Source of the DNA: the human T2T-CHM13v2.0 reference genome, Homo sapiens
Length of the DNA stretch: 64,000 bases
Assembly: GCF_009914755.1 (NCBI RefSeq)
Contig: NC_060930.1
Direction: 5' to 3' (one strand)
The notes below the pieces were generated by a model. It was not told the origin of the DNA, did not search any database, and saw only the letters and a program-made list of their open reading frames with translations. Below, in pieces: positions 27,725 through 44,536 of this stretch. A program made the translations under genes and the position numbers. The first letter of the stretch is position 1. Each line of letters opens with the position of its first letter.

Positions 27725-28619
27725 TAGGTAGATTCACAGAAAGTTGCGAAGATAGCACAAAGCGGCCCTGTATTATCTTAACGCAGTGCACCCAGTGGTT
27801 ATATCTTATGTTATTATAGTACAATATAAAAAGCAAGAATTTGACGTTTGTGTGGTATGTGTGTATGGTTCTGTATGATGCTTTATTTTCAGTGGCATAG
27901 AGGGAGTTTTGGAAAATGATAACTCACTGGGCTCTGACCAGTGGTGGCAGCCCTGGGTGAGGGGGAAGGGGGCACTGAAATGAGTACCAAGTCCCTGGGT
28001 GGAGTGAGGAAAGGGAGAAAGAGCAAGAAATGGAGTTATTTTCCCTCAAGGGTAACTTTCCTATTCAGTACAAACCTGTAGCTATGCTGCTGCTTTTGCT
28101 CCCTTGCTTGAGATAGGTGCCCAAGAAAGGTGGTCATGTTACATGTCTTTAAAAACCATAGTTCCTTCTACTTTGAGTAGGAACAGAGAGGGTTAAATGG
28201 GTGATTTTTGTTTATTGTTTGTTTTTAAAGAGAATATGTTTCTAGTTAGTACTTTTTTTTTTTCAACACCAAGGAAACAAGTTTGTCCCTTGTACTGCAT
28301 AATGTATTTGTACTGCAGATGGTAACACTGTTTTAGGAGTATGAATGTGCTTGTGATCCCTGGATACCTGGCCACTATTCTGCTAACTGGAGGCTTGTAT
28401 GGTCTATGTCTTGGTCATTGGTTAGATCCATTATTCCCAAGTCCTGTCACTATGAGTGACTGTCAGGTATAGACCAGCTTCAGTTCTTCAGGTGTTTAGT
28501 TCCAGCCTTGATAAGAACCAGAATATTTGTAATCCTTTCTAATGAGAGAAGGGATCCAGGAACAAAACTGTCTCCTGGGGAGGTTCTGATTCCTCCCTCC
28601 TCACACTCAGTAGATTATC

Positions 28620-30290
<1,671 letters not shown>

Positions 30291-30999
30291 GTTTGGGCCT
30301 CAGCCCTGGTAATTCTGATTCAGTAGCTCTGGGGTAGGAACTGGACACCTCTATTTATTAAACCCACCACAGCTGATTCTGATGCTGAGTTTGGGTTGAA
30401 CCCCATAGAGAAATATGTTGCAACTACAGTTTAGACCACAGGTGTTTAGACTCTAAACAGGAAAGGGAAGGAAAGGATGATGTAAATGTTAATAAACATT
30501 TTCTCTCATTTTGCAAACCCTATTGACTCTGTCATTCCTCTAAGTAGGACAGTGTACATCAGCTGACACTTTTACAGGATGATATTTCCATTGTGATTTC
30601 TTTTTTATTTTTAAGCTCTCCCAATTTTATGGTAAAAATAAAAGAGGGGAAAAATAGGGTATTACATGATTGCTGTTACGTAGGCAATAGGTTTAGGCAT
30701 AGTCAGGTTAGTAGGGATCGGAATAAAGCTAAAAATATGAAGCTTTTGTGTTGTATGCGAGGGTGGGAAGAAACACCAGTCAGTACACATCTAAAGGTGA
30801 CAAGACACAGACCTGGCTTTCAAGGAGCTTACAATCAGAAAAGCTTCGTGTAACAAATGCAAAGAGCATTAGATTAGGAGTCCTAAGACCTGGGTACTGT
30901 GCTCTAGTTAAGTGATGGTGGGCATGGCATTTCAGCTGTGGGTCTCCGTTTCCTCAGCTGTAAAATAAGGGGTTTGGATCAAGGGATTTTTAAGGATCT

Positions 31000-32240
31000 T
31001 CACAACTTTACAAGTCCAAGATAGGGCTGGAGGGGACTGTAGGATTTGGATGGGAAGTGGTGGGCTCTGAGCTGGCTGACAGGGCTGTGGGGCTGGGAGC
31101 AGGCACTGGCTGGCATGGAGGGCTTGTAGAGAGTAGTAGTTGAAGAGAAAGGTGGGGAAGTTTGTGGGCCGAGCTGTGGAGGATATTGGCTATCAGGCTG
31201 AAGTTTTGTATTTCATTTTGTAGACAACAGGCAGCTCTAAAAACTTTTGTGTATTTTACTTTGAATTTCAATCAGTGATGCAAATTTCAATATAGGACTT
31301 CTGAGGACAAAGGAAACAAAATGTGTGTGAATGGGTCTCTCAAATTATAAAAGTTATAGGATCATACCTTCATAATTTTCCTCTGGTTATAAAAGTAATG
31401 CATGAGTAAGGTAAAAACATCCAAACATGATAGTGTAGAAAGTATGACACCCTTATGGTAAACTTCCAAACAAACAAAAATCATCAGTATGTGTTGTCTT
31501 CTTATTGCTTTAGTAGAAAGTTTCTATGTAAAAGTATGACATGATTAAAGTTGTATTTTAGGAAGATCACTTTGGTGGCAGCATGTAGGGTGATTAGAGG
31601 GAGAGAAACTAAAGTCCAGGAGACTACCAGGGGGTTAGTATTATTGTTTAACAAATATACGAATACCTTCAATGTTAGCTTATAATCGAATACCTTCAGT
31701 GTTAGTAAGTTCAAAGGTAATGGGGGACTGCGGTAAGAGAGCAGAAAAAATTAAAGAGGAATGGATGAATTCAAGAGACACTTAAAGGCAGAATCATTAG
31801 GATTAGTGACTGGATTTCGATTGGAGCAGAGAAGAAAGAGGAGCAAAAGGTACCTGGGAATTTCAAGTTGGGTCTTTGGGAGAATCACCCATATCAGTTC
31901 TAGGGAAGTTAGGGATGGAAGCTCAGTTTGGGTGAGTGGTATGAGCTAGATGTATTTGGACTGAGCCATCAGAAATCACATTTAGGAGCAAAGCAGAGAA
32001 GCCATCCAAAGCAATAGAGAAAGAACAGCCAGTTTTGGGAAGAGAAAAGCAAGCAAGTTCAGGCACAGAGCAGAGGGCAAGAGATTCAGAGAGAGTGGCT
32101 TTCCAGGTGCTGCAGAGGCCTCAAAGGGAGTGAGGCCTGAGAAAGGTGACAGGCGGTTAGAGGAAAGCAACCTGGCATACCGAGCATCTTCTGGGGTCAG
32201 TGAAATGGGAGAGGCAGAATCGAGATTTCAAGAGCAATAA
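31000..32240 (-). mobile_element. L2 remnants
   Basis: ttttaggaagatcactttggtggcagcatgtaggg and similar L2 text. Confidence 0.55.
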
Positions 32241-34714
32241 AGCGCATAAATAGCTATACATAACATAGCTATGTAATGTAGGCTAATGTATATAATAGTC
32301 TACAACTTCTGTTCCTAAGAAGGAGAGAATTAATATGATTATCTGGTGGAGGCAGCAGCAATATAATTTCATTTATGTTATGGTATTCCTATTCTTACTT
32401 AACATATTCATGCCCAGTTATTTATGTGTAACTGTGAGGTTGAACATTTATTACTTGACAGGTGAAGTAAAAAAGCACATTATTTTTGTGCCATTTTGTC
32501 CTGTTCTTTGGGACGAATTCTTCCCTACTCCTTGGATAAAATGTAGGGAAAATCTCATCATTTTTATGGTTACTCTTTGGTAACAAAAGGTCCTGTCATG
32601 TTCGGTTACTTTCATATACACAAACAGTCTACATTCAGTAATTAATATGTCCAGTCTAATAAAATAAAATGCTCCCTTCTCCAGCTCGGGTCTTCTTTGG
32701 TCTGGATGCCTGCCTCCAACTCACTAGGCTGCCTTTGACTCCTCCAGACTGAATTGGGTGGAGGAAAGAGAAGTGAGGGGTAACAAAATTCTCATCTGAT
32801 GTATAAGGATGAGTCATGTGAACTTGCTAATATTTGTCCTGCAAAAATGTCAATTTAATATGGTTCAATGTAATACTGTTGTCATCTGCATGAGACCTGT
32901 CTGGGCTAAGACGGCATTTAAAACTACATTTTTCCTTTTTAGAACTCCTTTCTGTATTCCTAGGAGGACCCTTAAGATTGTGGGGAGGTCTTTCATCCAA
33001 AGTACCCTGGATGCTTTTGAATCTGTCTCCTCCAAATGGCAGCTCATAACTCCATCTTTAGCTGCTGGGCATCTAGATCACACACCTCAGCTTCCCTCTT
33101 CTGAGGGCTTGCCTTATTCCTACTAAGGCTGTTTTGATCAGGATAGAAAACAGTTCCATGCTGACTTGCTCTTTTGGCATATCTAGTTGAGGGAAAATGC
33201 TCATGCTTTCTCTGATCCTCAACATTCAGGAGATGCAGACCACTCCTAGCATAGCACACTCTTAGCTCCACTGCCAGCACAAATATTATACCCTTTAGAG
33301 TTTTCAGGTGTGTCAACAGCCTGCTCACTGACAGCTTGAGGATGCTCCCAGGGACACATACCTAGTTGTCTGCATTGTCTATGGAAGCCCGTTTCCCTAG
33401 GCTTGAAATGAGGGCCAAGCAACTCTACCTGATGCCCCAGGGTGGGGTGAGTGCCACTCCTAGCTCATCGAAAGCTCTCTCCTGAAATTCCCTTCTAGTT
33501 TTATTTTTATCTTGACCTTTCCACCTTGGTGATGGGTTAAGAGTTACAAAACCAGTTTTTGGAAACCTCCTTTACAGGTCCTGCATCCTTCACCTGTGGA
33601 AGGTGGACATAGTTGACATCTATTGTCTTGGGGGCTAAACGCAAAACTGAGTCTGAAATAGTTCCCTTTTAACCTCCCGTTATGTGCAGATTTAACAAAT
33701 TCAGTGCCTTTCTTAAAGTAAAAGGTACATCCAGACACTGGAGAGTAGTGCTAAAACAAACTATTAGGGAATTGAAATGACCATAAAAGAACATAATGAA
33801 CAAACAGAAATAATCCAACCAGCACCTTAGTTTTGATTCTGGCATTGCTTTTTACTCCAGAAGCAAGAGTTGAAAGAAACTGACCTGCATTTTAAAATAT
33901 ATTTTTTAATGGTCATGTAATATGCTATATTTCTTCAAATCTGTTAAAAATAGAAACTCAAGAGTTGGATGGCATCATGGTTAGGGAAGAAAAATTCTGT
34001 AACTGGAATAGATGGTTGTAGTAATTCACATGTCTCAATTTGTATTCTAGTCATAACATACTTCTTAAAAGGGTGGTAAAAATAATGTGTTTTCTCTTTC
34101 CCACTTCATTTGTCTAATTTCTGTAACATACACCCTCACAATGAATTATTGACTCAGGGACAAGAGGTAGAGAAATTACAGAGGTTGCTAAGAATACCTG
34201 CTGACTCTTATTTTCTACTTCTGCTTTAGAAGTTGTTTAGAAAATCTAATCAAGGCCGTCTTACATCCAGTAGAAACAGAGAGTTTCTACTGGATGTGCT
34301 TTGGAGCAGGTTTTTAAGAGAGAGCTTTCCCCATGGAAGAGTGACCATATTGGGGAAAGAAGAGCTCAGGAGACATGAGTTATGCTTCTCTTGCCTGGGG
34401 AGGTGTTTGCTTAAAAGACATGCTGCCCAAGTATTTAAGCCTTCAGGTTAGGGTCTTTTTTCCAGTTGTTGGCAGAGTGAATGAGCATGAACTGTATTTG
34501 ATGAACTACAGTTAACACAAATACTCATTTTGAAGCAGATAAAATTATTTTGAAAGTGAAGGAAAATTGTTTCATAAGAGAAACTTGTACTTCCTACGAA
34601 AAGACTGTGTTTTTTTGCTCCATGTTTTTAGTAAAGTTTAGTCAAATTTAGTTTAGTTCACCTAGAACGAACACTGAACAATTTGGAAATACATTTTATT
34701 CCTTTTTTTAAACT

Positions 34715-34940
34715 AGAGGTTAGCAAACCCTGGCAGAAAAACCAAATGTAGCCTGACACCTGTTTTTGTGAATAAAGATTTATTGGAACATAGTCGTGCT
34801 CGTTTGTTTACAAATTGTGTCTGGCTACATTTGCATTGCAACAGCATTGTTAAGTAGTTGGGACAGAGACCATATGGCCTGCAAAGCCTAAAATATTTAC
34901 TATCCCACTCTTTACAGGAAAAGTTTGCAGATCCCTGTTC
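34715..34940. mobile_element. MER58A-like hAT remnant
   Basis: ggttagcaaac...aataaagatttattggaaca...ggcctgcaaagcctaaaatatttacta...aaagtttgcagatccctg. Confidence 0.8.
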
Positions 34941-37345
34941 TAGATTAATGAAAGTACTCAGTATCAGTGTTTTTGTGGTTATATATGGCATAAATGGCTA
35001 TTAATTCTCTGAATTATTATTAATTTTAAATATTTCAGTATCTTTTATACTTGATTATATATCTCATTAAAATAATTGAATTAATTCTGAAAATTGGTAT
35101 GGTCTGTTTGCCTAATGGACAATACACTGGACATTACAAAACTAATTTCTGCTTTTCAAATCCCTTGGACAGTAAAATAATTTATTTCTTGATTTGCATT
35201 TTACCACATATGAGCACCTTGGGAAGACATTGTGTAGTAGAAAGCATACTGTCAGCACCCACTTCCAAAATGTTTTCTAGATTTATTGGAACAATTTAAA
35301 ATGTCAGTGAAAAGAAGTACTTTTCTTCCTTTGTGTTCTTCATTTTTCTATGATGGCTGGATGCATTCACTCCTTGGGGCATTCATGTTCCTTCCTTAAA
35401 GGGCAGAGTTAAGGTTACTCTGTGGGTCATTTGCCTCTTCAGGGTTGTTTGATCCTTCTCAAGAGAAGATTATTTTAATGTATTGCAGGAGATGCTGCCT
35501 GATAACTGAGGCTGATCTGTTGAGCACTGTAGGAACCAGACTGGGGACAAGAATTGACTCATTTATTCATTTATACTTATGTTTATTCAACAAACGTTGA
35601 AGGCATGCTTTACTAGGTTCTGTGCTCTCAAGGATTTCATAGTCTCTTACAGGAGATGGACACAAAGCAAATGATTATCATATACTGTGTTAGGCAAGAT
35701 GATTGAGTTATAGTCAGGATATTATAGGAGAGAAGGGGCATCTAATCCACCATGGGGAGAGGGCAATCAAGAAAAGCTATTTGAAAGAGGCTAAATCCAG
35801 ATCAATAAATCCAGGACATTCTGTCAGAAATTCAGGTGGAGATGTCTGGCAGGTGGATTTGAGTCTCAATCTGGGATAGAGATAAGGATTTAGGTGTCTT
35901 TATTCTAGGAATGGCAGTTAAAACCCTGAGAGCTGATGAGAGCCTGAAGAGTGGGAAGAGGGCTCAGCATGGGAAAGGCCAACATTTAAGGATCAGAAAG
36001 AGATGCATAAAGGAAACAAGGAAGGGGTCAGAGAGATAATTAGGAATACCAAGAGAACAAAAGACAATGGTGTTTAGAGACTGAGTGAGGGGAAGGAGAC
36101 GGTCAATGGAAAGATGGAAAATCCAGGATTGATCAGGGACTGGCAATGTAGGAGGCAGAGGGGAGATGGAATTCATTTCAAATATTCTAATGTAAACTAC
36201 TTATGTGTTAAACAAATGATGACCTAAAACTTAGTTTCAGGCTGTTGTTTAAAGTAGGCTCAAATAAGTAAGTTGATTTCCTATATTTGTAAAAGCTAAT
36301 AATTTTTATTTAATCAAACACACATTTATTGAGCACTTATTTTGTACTAGGTGCTATAACAGGTTGGCACCCTAAGGGATAAACTATGCGGGATATAAAA
36401 ATGATCAAAAAGTGAAGTAGTAATATTTAAGCTAAGCCCTGGAAAATGGGGAGGGATGGAAGTACATATAAGTCAAGAATAGGCAAGAGTTAGAGCAAAA
36501 ACACAGTGCATGAAACCCCAGGACACTGTCAGTCTTGAATTATTGTTCTTGACTATGTCTGTCTCCACCACTAGACTCTCTAATGCTGAGGACTGTGATT
36601 TATAGAGCCTCACATGGTGTTTTGCATGTTGTATTTACTCAATTAATGTTTGCTATATGAATGAAACTTGAGAAACAGAAACATCATAATTGTTACTTAT
36701 TCCATAGTCTTGTCTGTGCTGGCCTCAGTAATAAAGCAAAAACTAACTTAAAGACTAGCATTCTTATGTTCATTAGTAAAACAGGTAATAGATAAATTAC
36801 CTTCTTGATTTGACTTTTGAGAATGACGTGTTAGAACTTATAAATGAATCAAATACGTGTAATTTATAATGTTACTATATGATATGAAAACAATTTGAGA
36901 TAGAAGTCATAAATATGAAGTTTCTTAAGACTTTGATCAAAACAACAAAATTTCTTTGAGATTTTCTTTTTTTAAAACTTTTATTTTTCAACAACAGCTA
37001 ACCAAAGATGGGATCTTCTTTACATGACAATGTTGAAGCCAATTGATACACAATTTATTTGTTAGCGTGTTAGTGGTTCTATTTGTTTTATATTTTGAAG
37101 TGAACTATGGCCTTCTTTTAGGACTGAAAAATAACTTCGTGGTGTACAGATATTTTAGATTAACCAAGGGTACTTGTTAACAAAAGCTATTATTTTATAG
37201 CTGCATCTCCGTGTTTGATTTGATAAATTTGGGAATTAAATTTACAATGCAAATTTCATTAGTGGAATTACATAGCCAATTTGGAGAGGTTCTATTTAAT
37301 GTGCTACCTTGATTTAGAATGAGCGATTTAGAAATATGAAGAGTT

Positions 37346-37659
<314 letters not shown>

Positions 37660-38306
37660 GGAGAAATATGAAGAGTTAGATAAATGATACGATAATAGCC
37701 CACGTTTTCTTGTTGATTGTGGAAAAGGAAATAATTAACAGTATCTATTATAACCACATAGGATGTATTGATTTAAGAATTACAGTAGAAAATAATTCAA
37801 GGAATTGGAAAAGTGAAGCATGTTGTTCTATGAAGATTTTGCATCCTTAATTATTTATAAGTGTTTGAGTTATGTGTAACTTCATTTTCTCCATTAATTT
37901 TTGATAATGATATCCAAAACAAATCTGCAGTTATTTGTTAGTTTGACCTGTGTTATCTTTGCTTCATAAATTCCTCAATTATCTAGTTTAATCTAGTTCT
38001 TATTTCACAAATGATGGAAGTCAGATTAAGCAGTTTGTTTAAATGACCCGCAATGAATTATAGAGATAGGTCACCATTTTATGCTAACGGGTTGGCAAGA
38101 AAAATTCATGAAATTTTACAGGCTTCATGTTGCAGTTGTCTACAAATACACTTCCATAAATGAAAATAAACAAGTTTGTTCATTGCATCATTATAAATGT
38201 AATTTAAAAATTAATTTTCTAAATTGTTTTATGCAAGTAAGTAAGCAAGCAAAATAAATAAGAACTCATATACTTTCCTGTCTTTTTTTTCTCCCCTGCC
38301 CAATAG

Positions 38307-38346
38307 GACCAGACATATTATCAATCATTTCAGGTTTCAGAATATG
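38307..38346 (+). CDS. CD109: CD109 exon 6 (40 nt; DQTYYQSFQVSEY)
   Basis: Pyrimidine tract + caatag| acceptor, G|gtaaga donor. Confidence 0.95.
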
Positions 38347-38974
38347 GTAAGAGTTCCTCAATCTATTTTGGAAGAAAAAAACATTTGTTACTTTCAGCAG
38401 AGATTAGAGAAATTTTTAAGAGATGTATTATTTGAAGTAAAAATCTCAATGGAGTTAAAATTCTGGTGTTTTTTAAAGGCCTAACCATATTTTTTTTCCT
38501 TTGTAAAAATTCTAAAATCTCATTATACAGAAAAAAGTAGAAAAAAATCACCTATAGTTGCATTGTGCTAGTCTTTTTCTTATCCACAACATGATTTTTC
38601 TATTTTTCTACTTTGTTGTGATAAAAAAATATTTAAAGTGTTGCACTTAAAAATACTTAACAAATTCTCTTCCATATTTTTCATTTGATTGACATTGGTA
38701 AAGATGGTCTGTTTCTCAGGTAAATCCTCTTCTTGCAGGTGCCATACTTACAATATCTGTTAGAAACCCATAGATAAAAACAGTGGGACCCATCTATTTT
38801 GTTGGTGAATGGAGAGGAATGAGAGATGAGACTGAAAGCATAGGATCTTAGTATTAGTTATAATTTGAATAGTTATTTTGAGGTTGCACATGCAGTTTTT
38901 CATTTGATTTGAGCTTCTTTTTTGAGATTGGGTTTTATTTAGGCAGTAGAAATTATAATATACAGGTAGTAATA

Positions 38975-39540
38975 CCTCAGGCTCTGTGGGCCATATGTCT
39001 CTGTTGTTACTACTCAATTTTGCCGTGGTAGCATGAGAGCAGCCAAAGATAATATGTACATGAATGTTGCTGTGGTTCAATAAACTTTATTTTATGGGCA
39101 TGAAAATTTGAATTTCATATAATTTTCATATGTCATGAAATATTCTTCTTCTTTTGATTTTTTTCAACCAGTTAAAAATTGTAAAAAATGTTCTTGGTTC
39201 ATGCTGGTCATAGTTTGCTGAACTCTGATCTGTAACTGTGCTCTCCAGTAGCGGGGCCACTTGCCATGTGTGGCTGTTGAGCACTTCAAATGTGGCTAGT
39301 CCAGATGGAGACAGCAGATGTCAAAGACTTAGTACAAGAAAAATGAAAGAAAGAAAAATAGTTCATTAATAACCATTTTTAAATTTTTATTATTTGTTGA
39401 AAAGATACTATTTTAGATATATAGGGTTAAGTAAAATATAAAAATTAATTTCACCTGCTTATTTTTACTTTAAAAATTTGACTACTAGAAATGAAAAATT
39501 ACACATATGGCTCCCATTTTATGTCTTTTAGACAGCCCTG
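38975..39540. mobile_element. MER58B-like followed by MER3/MER33-like hAT remnants
   Basis: ggctctgtgggccatatgtctctgtt...caataaactttatt; gccatgtgtggctgttgagcacttcaaatgtggctagtcc. Confidence 0.65.
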
Positions 39541-40029
39541 ATCTAGAAGAATAAGTCATAGGGGACCAACATTTTTATAGGCTATCTTTATATCCCATTG
39601 TGATGGTATGCTGGGTGGTTGTATGTTGTTGAATGAGGTATAGTGGAGGTGGGGAATTGATTGCAAACCTATGATGTTTGAGGAAGAGGCATTTGGATTT
39701 TCTTGGTGGTGGGGGTTGCGGGGGCGGGGTCATAGTTGACTCACGTGACTTTTTGGTCTCCCTGTCCTAGACTGATCTAGAGTCTAGGAGTGTCTTGGTA
39801 CATTCAGGGCCATTAGCCTTGATTGGAGCTGAAGGTCTGCCCTATATTGTTGACTATTTGGCTTTTTTGATACTTCTCTTATGTTAATTGAATGGTGAGG
39901 TGCCTTGTTATGAGAGTGGCCTGTTTCTTTGGTCAGAGAACTATAGAAAAAAAGTTTTATCGACTGTAAAGAAACACACATTTTTTACTCTGGTGGAGTG
40001 CTTTATATCAATTATAGTATTAGTACTTA

Positions 40030-40346
<317 letters not shown>

Positions 40347-40607
40347 TCATACCTTAATTATATAAAGCTGACCAAATTAGGGATTTCTAGTTTTGGGTGA
40401 AACAAAGGGCTTTTCATCTGTCTTAATATGTATTTGGATTCTAATAAATTTAAGTTCAAATAGTACAAATTATTAACTCCTTCACAACAATTTTATTTTT
40501 CATTTTATTCAGTGGAAGATGATAGTGAAGTAGATTCTTTAAAAGATTTACCCTTGCTTCTTCGTCTCAAAAAGAAAAAAAGATTTACCCTTGCTTTTCT
40601 TTTCCAG

Positions 40608-40692
40608 TATTACCAAAATTTGAAGTGACTTTGCAGACACCATTATATTGTTCTATGAATTCTAAGCATTTAAATGGTACCATCACGGCAAA
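40608..40692 (+). CDS. CD109: CD109 exon 7 (85 nt; VLPKFEV...GTITAK)
   Basis: tttccag| acceptor, |gtaagt donor. Confidence 0.96.
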
Positions 40693-40988
40693 GTAAGTGT
40701 CATTTTTCTTTTGATATGACTCAAAACCATTATAAAACTGTGTGACCAAAAGCTGATTGTATACTTCAGAATATTAGGGCAATTTTTGCTTATTAAAATA
40801 ACTTAGTGGACAGTAAATGACTATTTATAATAAATAATTAAGCATGGGACAGAGCTCCACATTTCACTGCATCTATCACTCTGCTTGCAAGCCGACCCAG
40901 TCTTAAAATATTTCCCATATTTCTTAGACTTATTAAGGGATTTATATTATAGATAGCACTGTTTTTTTTTCAGATGACATGGACTTGA

Positions 40989-41140
40989 AGCCACCACGCC
41001 TGGCTAATTTTTTTTCCTTTATAGAGATGGGGTCTTGCCATTTTCTCCAGGCTGGTCTTGAACTCCTGGCCTCACATGATACTCCTGCCTTGGTCTCCTA
41101 AAGTGCTGAGACTACAGGCATGTTCCACCACTCCTGGGCT
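40989..41140 (-). mobile_element. Alu left-arm fragment (J/FLAM-like)
   Basis: Partial Alu match. Confidence 0.75.
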
Positions 41141-41789
41141 GATTTGCTTTTTAAAAATTAGTCAAGCTTTTATTTTCTGAGTGATTAACTTATCCCAAAT
41201 GCTTCCCGGTTCTATTTGGGACAATAATTGTATCTTTGTTTCACAATTATTATAACCAGCTTGGTGTTTGGAAAACTAAATCTGCTTCACATTAAAGTCA
41301 AAATTAAAAATTTTTATGTCTGAGAGTACTTTAAATTATATTTGGATTTTAAAGATCCTTTTACTACCATGTGATATAACTCTGTTAAAATACAATATCC
41401 TGGCATTCTAGTTTTGCTTTTATTTAATCTTTAGCACGATACAAGTAGAGTCAGGTTTCGAAGACTCTTGAATGAGTGAATTTGATGCTCAGGTTGCTAA
41501 CCAGGGTTTCCACTGACTTTACTGTTTTTGTTTGGAAGTGTGGTGCATTTGAACTTGGATTTTTTTTTTTTTCTTCTTAGTTTGGAATATGCTATATTTT
41601 AAGATTTGCTTTTGAGTTGAGTTGATCCAGATGAGGGGCTGTTTCTGTGTTCAGTTAATGGATTCAGGAAGCAGCCGTTTACTGCTGTGATTTATAGACT
41701 GCAAAGCAAAATTGACTTCCATGTCTGGCTCAGCATTTCACAATAGAGATAGAAGCAACCCAGGAAATGTACTTAAAAAAGGCTTTCTG

Positions 41790-42101
<312 letters not shown>

Positions 42102-42175
42102 CCTTTCTGGCAGTAAAATGTATTGCCTCTTCTTCACATGAAGAGACTTTCCTATAATGAGAGAGGATAAAATTA

Positions 42176-42735
<560 letters not shown>

Positions 42736-43165
42736 CTAAGTTTGGTACTACAGATTTTAAAAATTATTCTTATTTTAAATTTTTTGGCAAAAAATCAATT
42801 TTTGACAGCCATGAGCACATTTGGTGCTTCAGAATCTATGGTGTAATAAACCTTCCTGGCTAATATTGGAACATGTAGCAATAGACCATGGTGATTGCAC
42901 TATCAGCTGACATTTAAAAATCTTCTAAAGCTGCGAAGTTTCGTGGGCATTCAGTTAATGGGCCAGTCCAGATTTCTAGGAGTGAAAGATTTATGTAATC
43001 TTTAAAAAATCTTTGGACAGGAAACTGTCACTTCCAATTATGATCAGGTATTTTCTGGAGTCTTTCAGATGGTCAGAGGTTGGGCAGAGTGTGTGTTAAG
43101 AACTGTTTTAAGCTACTATAGTTAAAAGTCTTCCCATTTTGGAAACTTAATTTCAAGGATCACCA

Positions 43166-43475
43166 TTTATTTTTTATTTATTTATTTATTTTTTGAGTTG
43201 GAGTCTCACTCTGTTGCCCAGGCTGGAGTGCAGTGGCACGATCTTGGCTCACTGCAGCCTCCACCTCCTGGGTTCAAACAGTTCTCTGCCTCAGCCTCCA
43301 AGTAGCTGGGATTACAGGCACCCACCACCACGCCTGGCTAATTTTTTTGCATTTTTAGTAGAGATGGGGTTTCACCATCTTGGCCAGGCTGGTCTTGAAC
43401 TCCTGACCTCGTGATCCACCAGCCTCGGCCTCCCAAAGTGCTGGGATTACAGGCATGAGCCACCGTGCCCATCCA
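43166..43475 (-). mobile_element. AluS (Sc/Sg-like)
   Basis: Full Alu; TSD aggatcacc(a/g)tttatt. Confidence 0.92.
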
Positions 43476-43604
43476 GGATCACCGTTTATTAAAGACATTT
43501 TTGTTGGGTTTAGTTTAAAAAATTATAGTAGGAGTATGTTTTTAATGTAACTTTTTTCTTTTTAAAATTTTCTCTTTTTAGTGTTTTGCCATCCCATAAT
43601 GTAT

Positions 43605-43915
<311 letters not shown>

Positions 43916-44037
43916 AATGTAATTTTTTAAAATGTTAGATTGCTAATTGCTAATGTATGCTATTGAAAGTAGTATTTTTATTGTGTTCTGACAATATCAA
44001 GTTGATACATAAAAAGACTATGTTTATAATTATTCAG

Positions 44038-44134
44038 GTATACATATGGGAAGCCAGTGAAAGGAGACGTAACGCTTACATTTTTACCTTTATCCTTTTG
44101 GGGAAAGAAGAAAAATATTACAAAAACATTTAAG
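44038..44134 (+). CDS. CD109: CD109 exon 8 (97 nt; YTYGKPVKG...TKTFK)
   Basis: attcag| acceptor, AAG|gtaact donor. Confidence 0.96.
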
Positions 44135-44394
44135 GTAACTTTTGCAGACACTTTATAACTTGTGATGGGTAAAATATGTGTATTTTTCTAGAAATAAGAT
44201 TTAGTACTGAATTAACAAAAAGTTAAGTGTAAGAAAATCAAGAGCTTTCCAGCATTGAACAAATGAGAATTTATGCAATTATAGCGATTAAAATGGTACC
44301 AGAGCTATCATATTGTTGTGACTTAGTTTGAGTTTTATTTCTAAAATTTGAATTGCTAAAATGGTAAATAATACTGAACTTTTAAACAAAACAG

Positions 44395-44536
44395 ATAAAT
44401 GGATCTGCAAACTTCTCTTTTAATGATGAAGAGATGAAAAATGTAATGGATTCTTCAAATGGACTTTCTGAATACCTGGATCTATCTTCCCCTGGACCAG
44501 TAGAAATTTTAACCACAGTGACAGAATCAGTTACAG
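44395..44536 (+). CDS. CD109: CD109 exon 9 (142 nt; INGSANF...TESVT)
   Basis: aaaacag| acceptor, CAG|gtttgt donor; frame continuous with exons 8 and 10. Confidence 0.94.

Noticed and set aside
31660-31705. 19-bp direct repeat cgaataccttca(a/g)tgttag; similar short duplications near 1056-1095, 18675-18725, 23248-23282 and 24654-24679
   Set aside because: Two- or three-copy slippage duplications with no retroposon hallmarks; not CRISPR-like
32251-32286. Short imperfect palindrome centred on acatagctatgt
   Set aside because: Too short and AT-rich to support a miRNA or transposon call
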